A DNA stretch of 63,943 nt, counting the filler, from Sphacelaria rigidula (Eukaryota): the NCBI GenBank assembly GCA_964200075.2. It is 10 parts of 10 records of this genome, joined end to end, with 100 filler letters (N's around TTAATTAATTAA, not from the genome) between each part and the next. Parts side by side here need not be neighbours in the genome. Positions count along the whole stretch, not along the records: positions 6,406 to 12,710 come from CAXNAA020020897.1; positions 12,811 to 19,115 come from CAXNAA020020898.1; positions 19,216 to 25,520 come from CAXNAA020020899.1; 7 more parts are not named here. One strand, given 5' to 3'. Of this stretch, positions 11,461-24,040 are shown one piece after another. The position numbers were made by a program, and so were the translations under genes. The notes below the pieces were generated by a model, which was not told the origin of the DNA, searched no databases, and was given only the letters and a program-made list of their open reading frames with translations. Numbering within the stretch: position 1 is the stretch's first letter; the number at the start of each line of letters is the position of its first letter.

Positions 11461-13321
11461 TGACACAACATTTGTATCATCACTACGTACAGCATTTCTC
11501 GAGGTGCATTGAAAAAAAAGAAGAGGAAGTTAGAGCGATTTGAAGCTTCTGCTCAAACTAGAAACATGCTGTAACTCCGTGAAAAAAACAGAAATACGGA
11601 TGCACCACCAGAAATGTTGTGCGTAGTGGAGGTCAGTTTACTACTTGGGAGGGTGAAGAAAGTTTTGAGGAAAAATTTGGTTTGGTCCAGGAGAGGATGG
11701 TCCAAAATTGTTATTTTCGCACATGAGCATAATATATGGAACCACATCCCTGATCTGTCCATCACCTCTGTGCGTGACAGTCTCGCACGAATTGCGCCGC
11801 TTTTCAGCAGGAGCGAGCACACACAGCCATGACACAGGACACACACACGCATACTCAAGCACACACACTAACATATACAGGCAAGGACACTGCGCGGCAT
11901 TCCTGCTGCCGTTGGATTTATTGAGTTGCAGTCGGTTTCAAACGCGTTGCACTCAGGAGTACTGCCGCGCAAGGGCGTCATTGCGAAAGCTCCGCCGATC
12001 GAATGTCCATGGAGAATCGGATGAGCATTATTGTATGCAACTCACAGTCATAGGTTTCCATTGAGGTATACCAATGAACATGAGATAAAAAGGTTGTCGT
12101 TTGACAAGGATCGTGAGCGTCACCCTTTCCGACTCCACAAAATACAGCTATACTGGCAGTATTCAAACTGCTGTTCAACGCGGCAGCAACTCAGGAAATC
12201 CACCACGGACTGTGTGTATGTGTATATGTGTGTGTGTGAGCGAGAAAGAGACAGATGAGAGGGCCAAGAGAAATAGGGGGGGTGTAAAGCTGTGACCACG
12301 GGTTCGAGAGATCGAGCTCATGTGATGGATATAATAATAATAATAAAGCTGTACACCTGTGGATGAGCTTATGCTGAAAAGCAGTGCAGTTTCATGTGGG
12401 ACTGTCAATCACGAGTAGAGGTGACGGGCAGCTTTCACGTGTGTGGTTCCAGATATTGTATGCTCGTGTGCACAATCAGCGATCGCCTGGCTGGGTTTGG
12501 CCAAAAGAGCCATTGTAAATCATCTTCACCTGTTCCCATATAATGAATTTTCTGATAACTATCTTCACCCTCCCAAGCGGTAAACTCTACTGGTTTTGAG
12601 GGTTGGAAGAGTTCACGGTTAGGACAAATCATCACGACTCAAAATGACCAAATTCACGATTTCTTCGGTCCGATTGCCCAATAGGGAGAAGAAAGTTGAT
12701 CGCTGGTCCANNNNNNNNNNNNNNNNNNNNNNNNNNNNNNNNNNNNNNNNNNNNTTAATTAATTAANNNNNNNNNNNNNNNNNNNNNNNNNNNNNNNNNN
12801 NNNNNNNNNNGCGGGCCCCCAAACAAACAGAACAACCCCACAACCCCCCCACAAACCCCCCCCGCGCCCCCCCTCGCCACCCCGGCCCCCCCCCCCCCCC
12901 CCCCCCTCCTCGCTGCCCATGTTTAGCCATATGTAGGGATGCGAGGTCAATAGTCACATAACTACGGCATGCAAGACCGTCAGTACACCCTCCATTCCTC
13001 CAGAGCTGAGACAATTTTGAATATTAATGCCCAGCTGTAGCAGATCGCGTCATCTTACGGCGACCCCTACCCCCTCCGTCTGTTTTCCCCCGCAGCTGCA
13101 AAAGGCGTCTGCACGGTCCCGTGTTGCTCATTCGTTTTTATCTACAAAGTTCCCAGGTTCTTGAGCCTTTCAAGATACACTCGTCACCCGCTTCTTCAGC
13201 CAGACCACGAGGGAACTTGGTCGGAGTATTAACATTGTGAAGAAAAAAAATACGCACGCACGCACGCAGCCGTCTCCAGCTCTTTTTTTTTTTTTTTCGA
13301 TCTTGTTTTTTTCGGCACACA

Positions 13322-13438
13322 TCAGCGGCCGTAAAACCTCTCCTGCTTCACGACGGAAGGCGCAATATCGTTCATGGCCACGCAGGTCACCGCCGAATCG
13401 TGCCTCTCGTAGCTCCGGATCATCTCTCCATTTCGCAA
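13322..13438 (-). CDS. LST8: Target of rapamycin complex subunit LST8, terminal exon
   Basis: acag|TTGCGA: LRNGEMIRSYERHDSAVTCVAMNDIAPSVVKQERFYGR*, matching the LST8 C-terminus (G..IR.Y..H...V.CVA.ND). Phase 0. Confidence 0.88.
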   Translation of the reverse strand: MRNGEMIRSYERHDSAVTCVAMNDIAPSVVKQERFYGR

Positions 13439-13986
13439 CTGTACCGCCAAGGGAGAGCGGGTAGTGGGAAGTGGAGGGGGGGGGGGGACGGGGGACAGGG
13501 AGTGAATCACGTTTCTCTGCACCACTTTCCAGAAAAAAAAGACGAGATAACTGGTTCTGTTTTGACGTGTTCAATATTGAATATCCAACAAATCAAAAGC
13601 CGAACCCAGTGTATATACTTGTATGTATGAACACTACACAAGCTCTACTGTGACTGCATCCATTTCCTCTCACGAGGCTGTAATTTGAATCCCGGCTCAT
13701 CTTCCTGCTCCCGCACGTATCCCTAACCCTAACCACACCCCTAACCCTAGGCGGGGATATTCACGACGACGAATGGTAACACAAGGGTAGTGAGAGTCGA
13801 CACCCGCAGTACCCAACGCAACTTCGTGCGGGGAAAGCAGCTTCAGCTGAAGAACACGAAAAAAACTAGCACATCTACCTCGTTTTGAAGCAGTGAACAA
13901 GCGACAGGAAATCAAGTCAATCCGGCCACGCAAATCCATGGTTGTGCATACTTCTTCTCTGTCAAAAGCCCTAAGGGTGACCCTTA

Positions 13987-14175
13987 GGCCCTGTCTTAGC
14001 ACACCAGTTTTCGATCGAAATTGTGCGGTGGAAATAAAAAATCCCGATCTGATAGGTCGTAATCTCAACCATCATCGTTAATTTTGAAGATGGTTGAAAT
14101 CATGACCTACCAGATCAGGATTTTTGTTTTCCATCGCACTTTTTCGATCGAAAACTCACGTGCTAGGACAGGCCC
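13987..14175. mobile_element. Palindromic PIF/Harbinger (Tourist)-like MITE in an LST8 intron
   Basis: TTA|GGCCCTGTCTTAGCAC...GTGCTAGGACAGGCCC|TTC. Almost the whole 189 bp is self-complementary. Confidence 0.7.
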
Positions 14176-15229
14176 TTCCTCGCATCCCCAAGGAGGCACA
14201 CCGCGAAGCCTCGGGATAAGGGGAAGGGCATAAACTTAAACTTCCCGTGGCATAGTATGCGCTGCTGAATTCCCAAGCCGGGGGTGGACTCAAATTGGCG
14301 CTAATGTGAGCCAAAATGCGTGCTACACACCCTGGGCGAGTCTTTGGGGACTGTAAACCCCGAAGATATCCCAAACTAATGATCCACACTACTAACATAC
14401 CGGGGAGAGGCGGGTTGATCACCTGAGCCCCACGGACTGGTCCCGAGGAATGGGATGGGTTGGCTTGAATAGTAGAACACAAGACAAAGATAAGAAACAC
14501 TGGACCCAAGTCTGTTCCATCTGTGGGTATGCGTTGTCGAGTTCACAACGACTCCACTGGAAGCGACCATACAGCTGAAGGAGTGCTGAAATAACAGTCA
14601 AGGGTCACCAACGCCGCAGAGATATCAAAGGGTCGACGACCTGCTACTTACCATGCCTGCTGCTCTACGATCATCACACACACAAAAAAACAGCGAGCTT
14701 TAATGTTTAGAGAACGCGGTATCATGATTCGCCGACAATCCCAACTACTTATTCTTATTCCAAAATACTTCCGGATAACATCGCAATACCGCTACGATGA
14801 ATTGAGTTGACAAGCAGCTCAAAAGCTGGCCCCGAACGAAGCTGTATAGCACGCCCACATGGACGAACATCTCACCCCTAGCCTACCCAGATGAACCTCA
14901 AATGATAAACGCCAACCGAGAAAAAAAGCAACGAAACATACGTCTTAAAAAAACTAGACTGAAGAAAAGCACCACTGAAGTTGTATGCCCACGCCGCAGC
15001 TTGAAACAACATCAAGAAACTGAATACATTCAATCCATGCTTTGTCAAGTCGAAAAGAAAATCAAAACTTGGACAATAGATTGATTGTATTGTCAAAAAG
15101 CGTACCGCGTACAGTACGGAATCTACCGTCTTTTCACAACAGGCGGCATCGTCGACACTGTCTGTCTACAGCACCCGTTTGGCAATATCATCTTTTGTTC
15201 ACGGTGTGGAAAAACAACGCAGGACTCAC

Positions 15230-15325
15230 ATCCCACAGCTTGGCGGTGAAGTCGGAGGAGGCGGAGATCAGGTAACAAGAGTCCGCCGAGAAGACAGCAT
15301 CCCAAACCCATCGCTGATGTTCACT
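15230..15325 (-). CDS. LST8: LST8 internal exon
   Basis: ccag|AGT...GAT|gtgagt: [32 protein letters not shown], containing the hallmark HQRWVWD motif. Not called in this frame by the ORF track. Confidence 0.93.
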
Positions 15326-15438
15326 CTGGAGCGAAAACGCCAAGCAAGAGACAAAGTCGTCCGCGGAAAACGGTGGGATCAGGGTGAATCCATGAGGATG
15401 TGAGGGACGTTAGAAATCGTTTCAATATCCAGCTTTTA

Positions 15439-15994
15439 CAGTAGTGCGCGGTTTAACTATTCAGGGTTGTTTTGGGGTTCTCCTCACGTACTACTCTTTG
15501 ATAGAACTCGGAATTACTACTGTCGGTAGATTTTGGTACAATAAATAGATCATCCTCGAAACACAGCGCCCAAGTCAGTGTGAGTTGGTGTTATCGGGCG
15601 ATACGAGTAAATATACACTCGTATATCAGGAGGGTGGTATTGACCGTGAACACACAGTTTTTCGGCTCTAGTACAATGAGTGAGTAGAAATTCAAAAAAT
15701 CAAAACTGTACATTTCTTCACAAATATGATCGGGACAGGCTCGATCGACCGAAAATACCGAAGAGTAAGAATCTGGGCTGAAACGTGGCAGGACCCCCGA
15801 TGACTGGTCAGCCCGTAAGTAACTCAGTGTTGAGTACAGTTGTTTTTCTTTCTTGGGATGTGGAACGGGTACAAATATCTTCAGATCCTCAATATGACAA
15901 GCAACGGCAAGCGAAAAGAGCCCAAGAAAATCGCCAGTTACGAAAAACTGATGGTGACACGCGGCCTGCAGGTCATTGTCCACCCCCACTACCG
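15439..15994. mobile_element. Tc1/mariner-type MITE, copy 1 (degraded right end)
   Basis: TA|CAGTAGTGCGCGG start; about 500 bp of similarity to 17978-18529. Confidence 0.7.
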
Positions 15995-16348
15995 CCAATA
16001 GCTTGGGTTGGGTTGGAGGGATGTGCTTAATCCGCTCCTCCGATCCTTTGTTCCAACTTCTGTTTTCCAAGATGGAACGGCTGAGATGAAACCCCGTCGA
16101 AATTACAGATAAAGTGAAATACTCACGCTCGAGGGTCTTTCCTCTATTTCTCCGTGCAAGAATTCCTAACAATAACAAGCTCAAGTATGTATATTTCACC
16201 ACAAAATATTCATCACCTGGCGCCGTTTTCGACTCAAGCCACTGCTATCGCTGCTCAGAAAAAAGATAGCAATAATAAAAAGAAGAGACAGAACCCTCAA
16301 CGACAACTCATATAATGAGAAAACGGAGAAAAAAAAAAAAAAACTTAC

Positions 16349-16498
16349 GAGAGTTGCGACGTGTGTCCAGTTCTTCACGTCCCACACTTTGATGGTCTTG
16401 TCGGCAGACGTGGTGACTAGCTGCCTCAGGCTTGGGCTTAGAACGCACTTCAGCAGGTACGTATCATGCGCCGAGAAATTCTTCACCACTTTGTACGT
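16349..16498 (-). CDS. LST8: LST8 internal exon
   Basis: atag|ACG...CTC|gtaagt: TYKVVKNFSAHDTYLLKCVLSPSLRQLVTTSADKTIKVWDVKNWTHVATL, a WD40 repeat typical of LST8. Confidence 0.92.
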
Positions 16499-17209
16499 CT
16501 ATCGATCCCGAAGGGACAAAGCACACGCCCACACCCACATCCCACACCGGCGTACCACAATCACGGTAAAACGAGCGTGTGTAGAATGCAGTGCAGTTGG
16601 GATGGGGGCACGCGCGCGCGGGAGGGGGGTCATGGTTTTAATTCAAGTCCACAGAATAAATAAAAACAAAAATAAATATACATACATGCAGAAAGATCTT
16701 TGTAAATAGTGACCGGGCAATATGAAAGTCGGCTTAGCGTTTACTCTTACTTATTATGCTATCAATAGCACGGTTTTTGAAAAAATCGTTCATCATGAAA
16801 ATAATGATGGATCGCATGCACTCAGCACCCGTGCTGGCAGAATAAGTAAAAAGCCTACACTCGACCCGAAACGCGCGGCGAAACACCGTTGTACGCACAC
16901 GGGACTTCTGGGAACGTGACCCTAGAGCAAGGACACCCAAGTAGACCAAAGGGGAAGATGAACGCCAAGTCAGAGTATGATAAGTGCTCCCCCGTAAGAA
17001 CATCGCTACTTTACATGTTGACCACTGGGGTTCTCGCCGTGGTTTGCCCATTTAGCCATGCTAGAATCAGAGAGCCGGCGGTCATGCACAAACCACTCCA
17101 AGTAACTTGAGCGTGGTCAGTCAGCCACGAGCCACACAAAGCGGATAGCTCTCGTTGACAATCGTGAATCGAGGGGGCTTTCGGTGATCAGCAGCAGCAG
17201 CAGTCTCAC

Positions 17210-17365
17210 CTTGGTGTCAGTATCTGGTGCCATCACATACACCTTGCCTCGGTTGTTAGCGCCCACGATAATTGAAGCGTTGGTCGCCATGGACAAGCTC
17301 TGGATGGGGTGAAGGTCCACATCCCTCATGATCTCCACGCCACGGTCAGCCGTTAAATCCCACAC
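17210..17365 (-). CDS. LST8: LST8 internal exon (upstream exons not found in this contig)
   Basis: ttag|GTG...AAG|gtgaga: VWDLTADRGVEIMRDVDLHPIQSLSMATNASIIVGANNRGKVYVMAPDTDTK, with the ANN.G..YV motif of LST8. Confidence 0.88.
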
Positions 17366-17977
17366 CTAATTCATGCCAAGGAGAGCCGCAAATGAGAATG
17401 GGGTGTGCGGGTACGGGGCTCTCCACTCCCTCACCTCTTGACCACACAAGATTCATCATTTTCCAGTGAGTCAAACCATAATAAGCCTGGGGTTTCGAAA
17501 TTCCCACGGCTCACCTCAGTTTTTTTTTTTCCTTGTGCGATATTTCTGACACGAAATCGTTTTTTCATTACTTTGACTTTGGCCGAAAAACAAAAAGAGA
17601 GGTTTTGCGGGTATGACTTGAACCATGGTCTTGGTTCGAAAAAAATCCGTAGGTCCCTAATTACGGCTGATAAAAGCGCGGAATTCCCAAGGTAATTTCA
17701 TCGCGGTACTTGATCCTTGGCAAAAGTCTTCAAGCGGTGATGATTTTTTTTTACGACGTTCTTATTTATTTATTTGGAAACCGAGATCGCCGTCCGAATC
17801 ATGTTCGCATCACTTCTCTGTTTCAGATTTTGATTGAAATGTAAATCGTGGGGAAAAGGGATGAACGGGCGAAAAACCCGCACAAAAAAAAGGAAAAATT
17901 ACCGAAGGTAGCCTTGGATATTCCGGTCGCCTAGGCAACATCCACGAGGAGCATTTCCCACGACGAACAGCTTGCAA

Positions 17978-18529
17978 CAGTAGTGGGCGGTCGATCTATT
18001 CAGCGGTATTTCGGGGTTCTCCTTGCGTACGTACTACTCTCCGATAGAACTCGACATTGCTACTGTCGGTAGATTTTGGTACAATAAATAGATCATCCTC
18101 GAAGCACAGTGCCCAAGCCAGTGTTGGTTGGTGTTATCCGGCGATACGAGTAAATACCCCGTTTTATCAGGAGGGTGTTATTGACCGTGAAACACAGTTT
18201 TTCGGTTCTAGTACAATGAGTAGGTAAAAAATCAAAAAGATAACTGTACATTTTTTCATAAATGTGATTCGGGACAGGCTCGATCGACCGAAAATACCGA
18301 AAAGTAAGAATGTGGGCTGAAACGTGGCAGGACCCCCGACGACCGGTCAGCACGCAAGTTACTCAATATTGAGAACATATGATTTCTTCTCTAGAGGTGT
18401 GGAGCGGATACAAATATCTTCAGATCCCTAATTTGATAAGCGGTGGCAAGCGAAAAGAGACCAAGAAATCGCCGATTACGAAAAAATCACCAAATGCCAT
18501 TAAATGGATAGTTAGACCGCCCACTACTG
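17978..18529. mobile_element. Tc1/mariner-type MITE, copy 2 (552 bp)
   Basis: Perfect 15-bp TIRs CAGTAGTGGGCGGTC / GACCGCCCACTACTG, followed by TA. Confidence 0.8.
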
Positions 18530-18837
18530 TAGCTGTCTGGTGCCCACGACCCACTCTTTCAGGACCATCGACCTGTGTGTGCTTCGCACTACTGGTACAA
18601 ATCCGAGAGCCTCGGCTATACAACTAGTGCACCGACGGTGCGCCCGCACTACTGTAACAAATCTTTCGTGGGAGCATAGCCTTTTCATGCGGCGTTGAAG
18701 ATAGCCTCTAAACTTGATTTCAATGTACGGATGCGCCTACAGTAGAAAGAAGATGACAAAAACTTCGCACGTCAACAAGGCAACACTGCTGATTTATCCC
18801 CCTCCACAGTAATTCATGCTCCATGGATTTAGTGTGT

Positions 18838-19050
18838 GGGGGGGAGAAGGTATTCATTTATTGCTCACCTGAGTCGCTTGACCATTTACCACGCATCCCT
18901 TTTGAGACGGAGCACCGTTTCTACTCCTAGTAGAGACACCTCCACCATTTCGGTGCTCGTTACATCTTTTCCATACGTTACACACAAAACCCGCACACAT
19001 GTCTTATCCCCGTCCTGTTTCGCGCTCCGTGGCCACCATCCATCTCTTAA
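18838..19050 (-). mobile_element. 3'-terminal fragment of the LINE family
   Basis: Similar to 20862-21020 plus 21615-21660; G-rich run on the + strand at its 3' end. Confidence 0.8.
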
Positions 19051-19421
19051 CCCTTTTGGGACCGGGCCTCCAGAACGACCAATGAGGCTGGTCAGGCATG
19101 ACGTGTCTGGCGTCTNNNNNNNNNNNNNNNNNNNNNNNNNNNNNNNNNNNNNNNNNNNNTTAATTAATTAANNNNNNNNNNNNNNNNNNNNNNNNNNNNN
19201 NNNNNNNNNNNNNNNACCCCCAAGATACACGCCTTTGACAACACACAGGCACATATACACGCATCCTGAAACCACGCAACCAAGATATGACAATACTGAC
19301 TGATATGAAGAGCTGCGTACCTCCAAAACACAGCACGCCCCCCGCCCCTTGACTCAGACAAGCACTTGATGAATTAATGTTATACTCCACCCCCCACACG
19401 TCATACTCAAGGTATTCAACA

Positions 19422-19872
19422 TCATAAGCCAGTCTCCTTCGGCTTCCGGGCGTTCTCCTCCGAATACCGCCGCTCGTCCCTATCATGCTCGAATAGACTG
19501 GCAATGTAGCCGTTGTCCTCGATATCGCCCGAAATGCCTTCTAGTTCACCAGACATCAACATATCTTCCATGAAAATCTTTCCCGAAATGTGGATATCGT
19601 CGGGGTGTAGCTGACCCTCCTCCAACCCGATCACGGGCGGCCCGTCCTTCCAGCTCATCCCCCCAGTGTGCTGCGCTAGCCTCCGATCGTCCTTTGATTT
19701 CTCTGCTTCACTAAGCTCCAGCTCCTTCTGCCCAGCGTAATGGCTGCTCGCCAGACTGAGGTCGAACAAACGTCGAGCGTCGCTATTCTCCCCGTCCTCG
19801 TAGACTTGATTGAGCATCTCTCTATAGTCGTCGATTGTTAGATGCGTATCCGCGCCCTGAGGGAGGTTGATC
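19422..19872 (-). CDS. Probable terminal exon of an unknown gene (acidic C-terminus)
   Basis: Open, protein-like frame INLPQGADTHLTIDDYREMLNQVYEDG...KPKETGL*. Acceptor gcag| after a (CA)n tract; an alternative acceptor lies at 19856. Confidence 0.65.
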
Positions 19873-19893
19873 CTGCGTGCGTGCGCGCACGCA

Positions 19894-19929
<36 letters not shown>

Positions 19930-20411
19930 CGTGCATGTGTGAAAGAGACAGAGAAACAGATATAGAAAGAAACACAGAGAGCGTGTGGTTCAGACAACAA
20001 TATAACGAAAAATAGTAGACGACATTTCGCTTTGGTTGTGTGGAATGAAAATACCCTCAAGACTCCCGTCAAAAGGATCAGTCGCGGCCGACCTCTGGGT
20101 TTAGCTTCGCAGGTTTTGGGGGATCAATGTGCCCCAAACATATTCAGCAATACTCTTCTTTCCTCTCCCCGACCACCACCGGAATGTGGATTGTTTTATC
20201 GGGGTGAGCTTACTCCATCGACGACACAATCAATGAACAAGTTAGAGTAACTTGACCTACTGGTTTGCCTGTGTTTCGTGTGAGTGGTGATGCGACACAG
20301 AGTCTAGTTGGTGCGTCATGCACACGGTGCTGACGTCCAGGCTCAATCCTGCTGCTTCGGGGTTTCACCCTAGACTACACCAAATTGAATTCCGCAGATG
20401 CAGCGCCTTAC

Positions 20412-20517
20412 CCGGCGTTGGGACAGTCACGGAAACCACGTTCATGGCGATGAGGCACGTGTGAAGAGGTACCAGATTCAGCGGACTGGGGATAGCGGCC
20501 GACGCGGGCTTGGAAGG
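20412..20517 (-). CDS. Putative upstream exon of the same unknown gene
   Basis: acag|CC...GG|gtaagg: FQARVGRYPQSAESG...DCPNAG. Its phase-2 end is compatible with the 19872 acceptor. Confidence 0.4.
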
Positions 20518-20861
20518 CTGTACCCTCCCCGCGAGACCAAAAGGCATGACAGACGTGCCAAATAAAAATCGAAGCAAGAAAAAAAAAGCTCGCCCGTAAA
20601 AATAGAAGGCGAGAAAGACTACTTGTTTACTTTATTTTTCTTGTCTTGGTCTACTCTGTTGTTCTGTTCTACCTTTTCTGTTTCTTCATTCTCCTTCAGC
20701 GAGTGTTTCAGTTTTGCTTTGTCTCGGGTACGTCTACCATGTGACCACGGCTGGATCATGACTCCTGGGGAGTCACTTGAGGTGCGACAATCAATCGATG
20801 AAATCAATCCGTGTATGGATGTTTTTGGATCAAATGGAACGGACCGGACGAACAAGGAAGA

Positions 20862-23800
20862 GGGGGGGGGGGGGACTCATTTGTTGCATGCCTTAGTCGT
20901 TTGACCATTGACCACGCATCCCTTTCGAGACGGAGCACCGTTACTACTCTAATAGAGACACCTCCAAAGTTCCGGCGCTCGTCACCCTTTTTCCACACAT
21001 TTCACAAATACCGTTTACATGCGAGCTGGGCCAGCTCAAAAGCGGCCAAACGTTGTCCACACTACAGCTTTCCCAGTTTTCCGAATGAACCCGATGAAAA
21101 CATTTTACTGTGAAGTGCAGACCAGCCAGGTAATACACGGCCTCGCTGCTGAATGAAAAAGAAAAATGAAAAAAATGTGCTGCATAATATATAACCCTAA
21201 CGACGGACGGAAAAAAAGAGAATCTGTCGGGATTCGAACTCATGACCTCAAAAATTGGAGTCTCCAACCCCTTGAATTATAGGGGCGCGGCTGTGTCACA
21301 CGAAAAGTGCGATGCCCCGCTCAATTCGATGACTCTTAAGCTGAACTTTCACGAAGACCATCTGCCAAGAAAATGATACATTATGGGAGCAGCTGCAGAT
21401 TCTTGTTTTTCTCCTGGACTTACGACGTCATCTTGTTTTTGCTGGAATTTCAAATCCCCATCACTTTTTTAGTTCTTTTATTCTGTGCTGCTCTCGTGTT
21501 GTTTTGCATGTCGATCATAATAAGCTGCTGTCGAAATTTCAGCATCCAACTCCTAATTTTACGCGGTGCGTCGCCTGAGCGAGGAAACTATTCGTAGTTG
21601 GCTGGCCCAGCTCGTATCTTATCCCCGTCCTGTTTCGCCGTCTCTGGCCACCATTTATCTCCTAGTGTAACCATCGTTTCCTTCACGTCCCGCATTCCCC
21701 CCTCTAGCACGTCCCGTTCCTCCTTGTATAGTTCACATTCTGCCACTTCATGAGCTCTGCTCTCTATTGCTTTGCCACAGAGGCAATTCTGTGCATCTAC
21801 TTTCTCCTCCTCTTGACCATTGGTGAATCTCTTCCATATTTCTGGCAGGTCCAGGAGGTCCCCTATCCGCAATCGAAGTTTGAACTTTTTCGCCGCGTCC
21901 ATGGGGCCATGCAGATATGTTTTCGTCCCTGTCCCCTCTGGCAACCCCCGTATATCTTCAGGTGTTCTTCGTCTACGTTGCGTCTGAGCGCTCCTTTCCC
22001 CCTTATTTTTATCGCGTCCCTTACTTTTGTCTTGTACCCCGTGCCTTCACCTATGGACCGTGTTGCGTCTTGGTTTCCTCTTGTCTTCTTCCATGCCGAC
22101 TTCTTCATCTCACCTTATTCCAGGCTTCCCTCATATACAATTCTTCCATACAGCCCTATCAACTATAGCTGGTAACATTTGTCTGCATGCGCTTTACGCT
22201 ATGTTGCCATCTCCGTTTTCTCATGTCTCTGTTTGTTTCAAGTGAGTACATTCCCAACTCTGCTCTCAAAACTGTAATACTCGTCGTTTTCGAGCATCCA
22301 AGTATCTCCTTAGCTCCTGCCACCTGTACTGTTCCAACTTCTCCCCCCAACTTGACGTTCCCCTCCCGTACCTATCCTGCATATTCCAGCTTTGGTACGA
22401 TCACGCTCATCAGGATACATCTCTGAATCTTAGTGTCTAGGTGCGGGTCTCTGAGAATCACGTCCAACCTACCTATCTGTGCCTTACCCTTATTACTACT
22501 TTGTTTATGTGCGCATCCCAAAAACAGTTTCTTGAGATCTCTACGCCAAGGTATGTATACTCGTCTACGATCGGCAACTCCTCTGCTTCTCACTTCCATT
22601 TGAGATCTACCGGATTTTTCTCATCTTCGTTACAGACAAGGACTGCGCATTTGTTCACGTTCGCTACTACTTTCCATTTTTTAGTGTATTCGGCGCCCTG
22701 TTTATCTGTGTCTACACTCGTTCTGGTGTTTCTGAAATCTTAAAAAAATCATCCGCGAACGTCAATCCTGATACCATATCTTTACCCACCTTGATTCCTT
22801 ACTTTGCTGCTTCCAATGCTATCACCAGTCATAAATATGTACCTTGATCAAAGTAGGTAATAGCGTACATCCTTGTGCAAGTCCCTGTAAAATATCGAAA
22901 GATTCCGATGTTTCCCTGTCTAGCATCAGATCACGTTTGGCACATTCTGTCCTCCTCTTCACCATTCTCCACATCTTTCCTCTGATCCCGGTTTCCCACA
23001 ACTTTTTTCACAACCCATTTCTCCATATTGTGTCGTACGCCTTTTGCCCGTCTGGAAAGAAACAGTACGCTGTGAGACCGGTGTCTTTCCTACTCTGAAT
23101 AATCTTACCTAGTGTGTACACATGGTCTACGAAACTTCGGTTTGGTCTGAATTTTGCTCGTCCCTCGCTGATTCCATCTTCCTTTTATAGCATCGTCTCT
23201 ACTCTATCGTTTAGAATCTTACAGAATGTTTTCCCTACCGTGCTCAGTAGCGTTATCCCTCTTTAGTTTTCTGGGTCAGCCTTGTCTCCTTTCAAAAGAT
23301 TGACTATTACTCTTTCTCTCCACCTCTTCGGTGTGTACTCGTTTTCCCAGATCCAGTTATAGAGCATAACCATCATGGTAATCACTCCCTCTTCCCCGTA
23401 CTCTAGAAATTTATTCACTATTTCGTCTGCTCCTGTTGCATTTCTGTTCTTGATTTTAGCTACGCATTCAACTTCATCTTTGGTAAACTCCCTCTGCAAT
23501 TATTTGGATCCTGTATCCTCTCGTTTTGACGTCTGAACATCTGTCTGCTAATGCGTTGATTTATCTTCCGATTTTGATGTCGAACTCCGTGGTTGTTGGT
23601 GGTGTTCCTATTTTACGGTACTAGCACTTCTCTTTTCCCCTTCGAGCTAGTGACCAGTTTACCGTTCTGTGCCCAGAGTGTAGCCATCCCCTCATCCATC
23701 GCTCCTGCCTGGTTTCTCGTTATCCCTTTTATCCCTACCCACATTTGTTTCATCCCGCCATTTAAAACTTCATTTGTTTCTTTCACCACATCTTCCCATA

Positions 23801-24040
23801 CTTCCTTTTTCCTCAGATGTACCATCCTTTTTACTTCCTTTCGAGCTTCAGTATGCTCCTCCCATCCTGTTGTAGTTTTACTTGATATCCATCTCGCGTG
23901 GGCCTCTCTCCTTACTCTTATAGCCTCTTTTACTTCGTCATCCCACCGTTTTACTGCTCTGTTGCATACGATCAGTTTTCTCCCTATGACTTCACTCGCT
24001 GTGTTCTTGACCATCTGCTCCCATCCTTCCATGATCGAGA
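20862..24040 (-). mobile_element. 5'-truncated, decayed non-LTR retrotransposon (RTE/RTEX-like LINE ORF2)
   Basis: Frameshifted motifs: WDDEVKEAIR, ATGADEI, W....IV.L.KGDK.DPEN.RGITLLSTVGK, GLAQGC.L.P.L, FADD, YTYLGV, and C-terminal CLCGKAIESRAHEVAEC (CCHC). Ends in an oligo-C tail. Confidence 0.9.
21022..21614. mobile_element. 593-bp MITE nested in the LINE 3' end
   Basis: 14-bp TIRs CGAGCTGGGCCAGC / GCTGGCCCAGCTCG with TG and TA flanks. The uninterrupted LINE site is visible at about 18998-19010. Confidence 0.85.

Noticed and set aside
12580..12710. Shared sequence at the ends of contigs 2 and 4 (also about 25480-25520) as evidence of linkage
   Set aside because: Better explained as a dispersed repeat that broke the assembly in both places.
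13715..13750. True telomere (CCCTAA repeats here and at about 26390 and 30175)
   Set aside because: Only a few degenerate internal units; those at about 26390 and 30175 lie inside MITEs.
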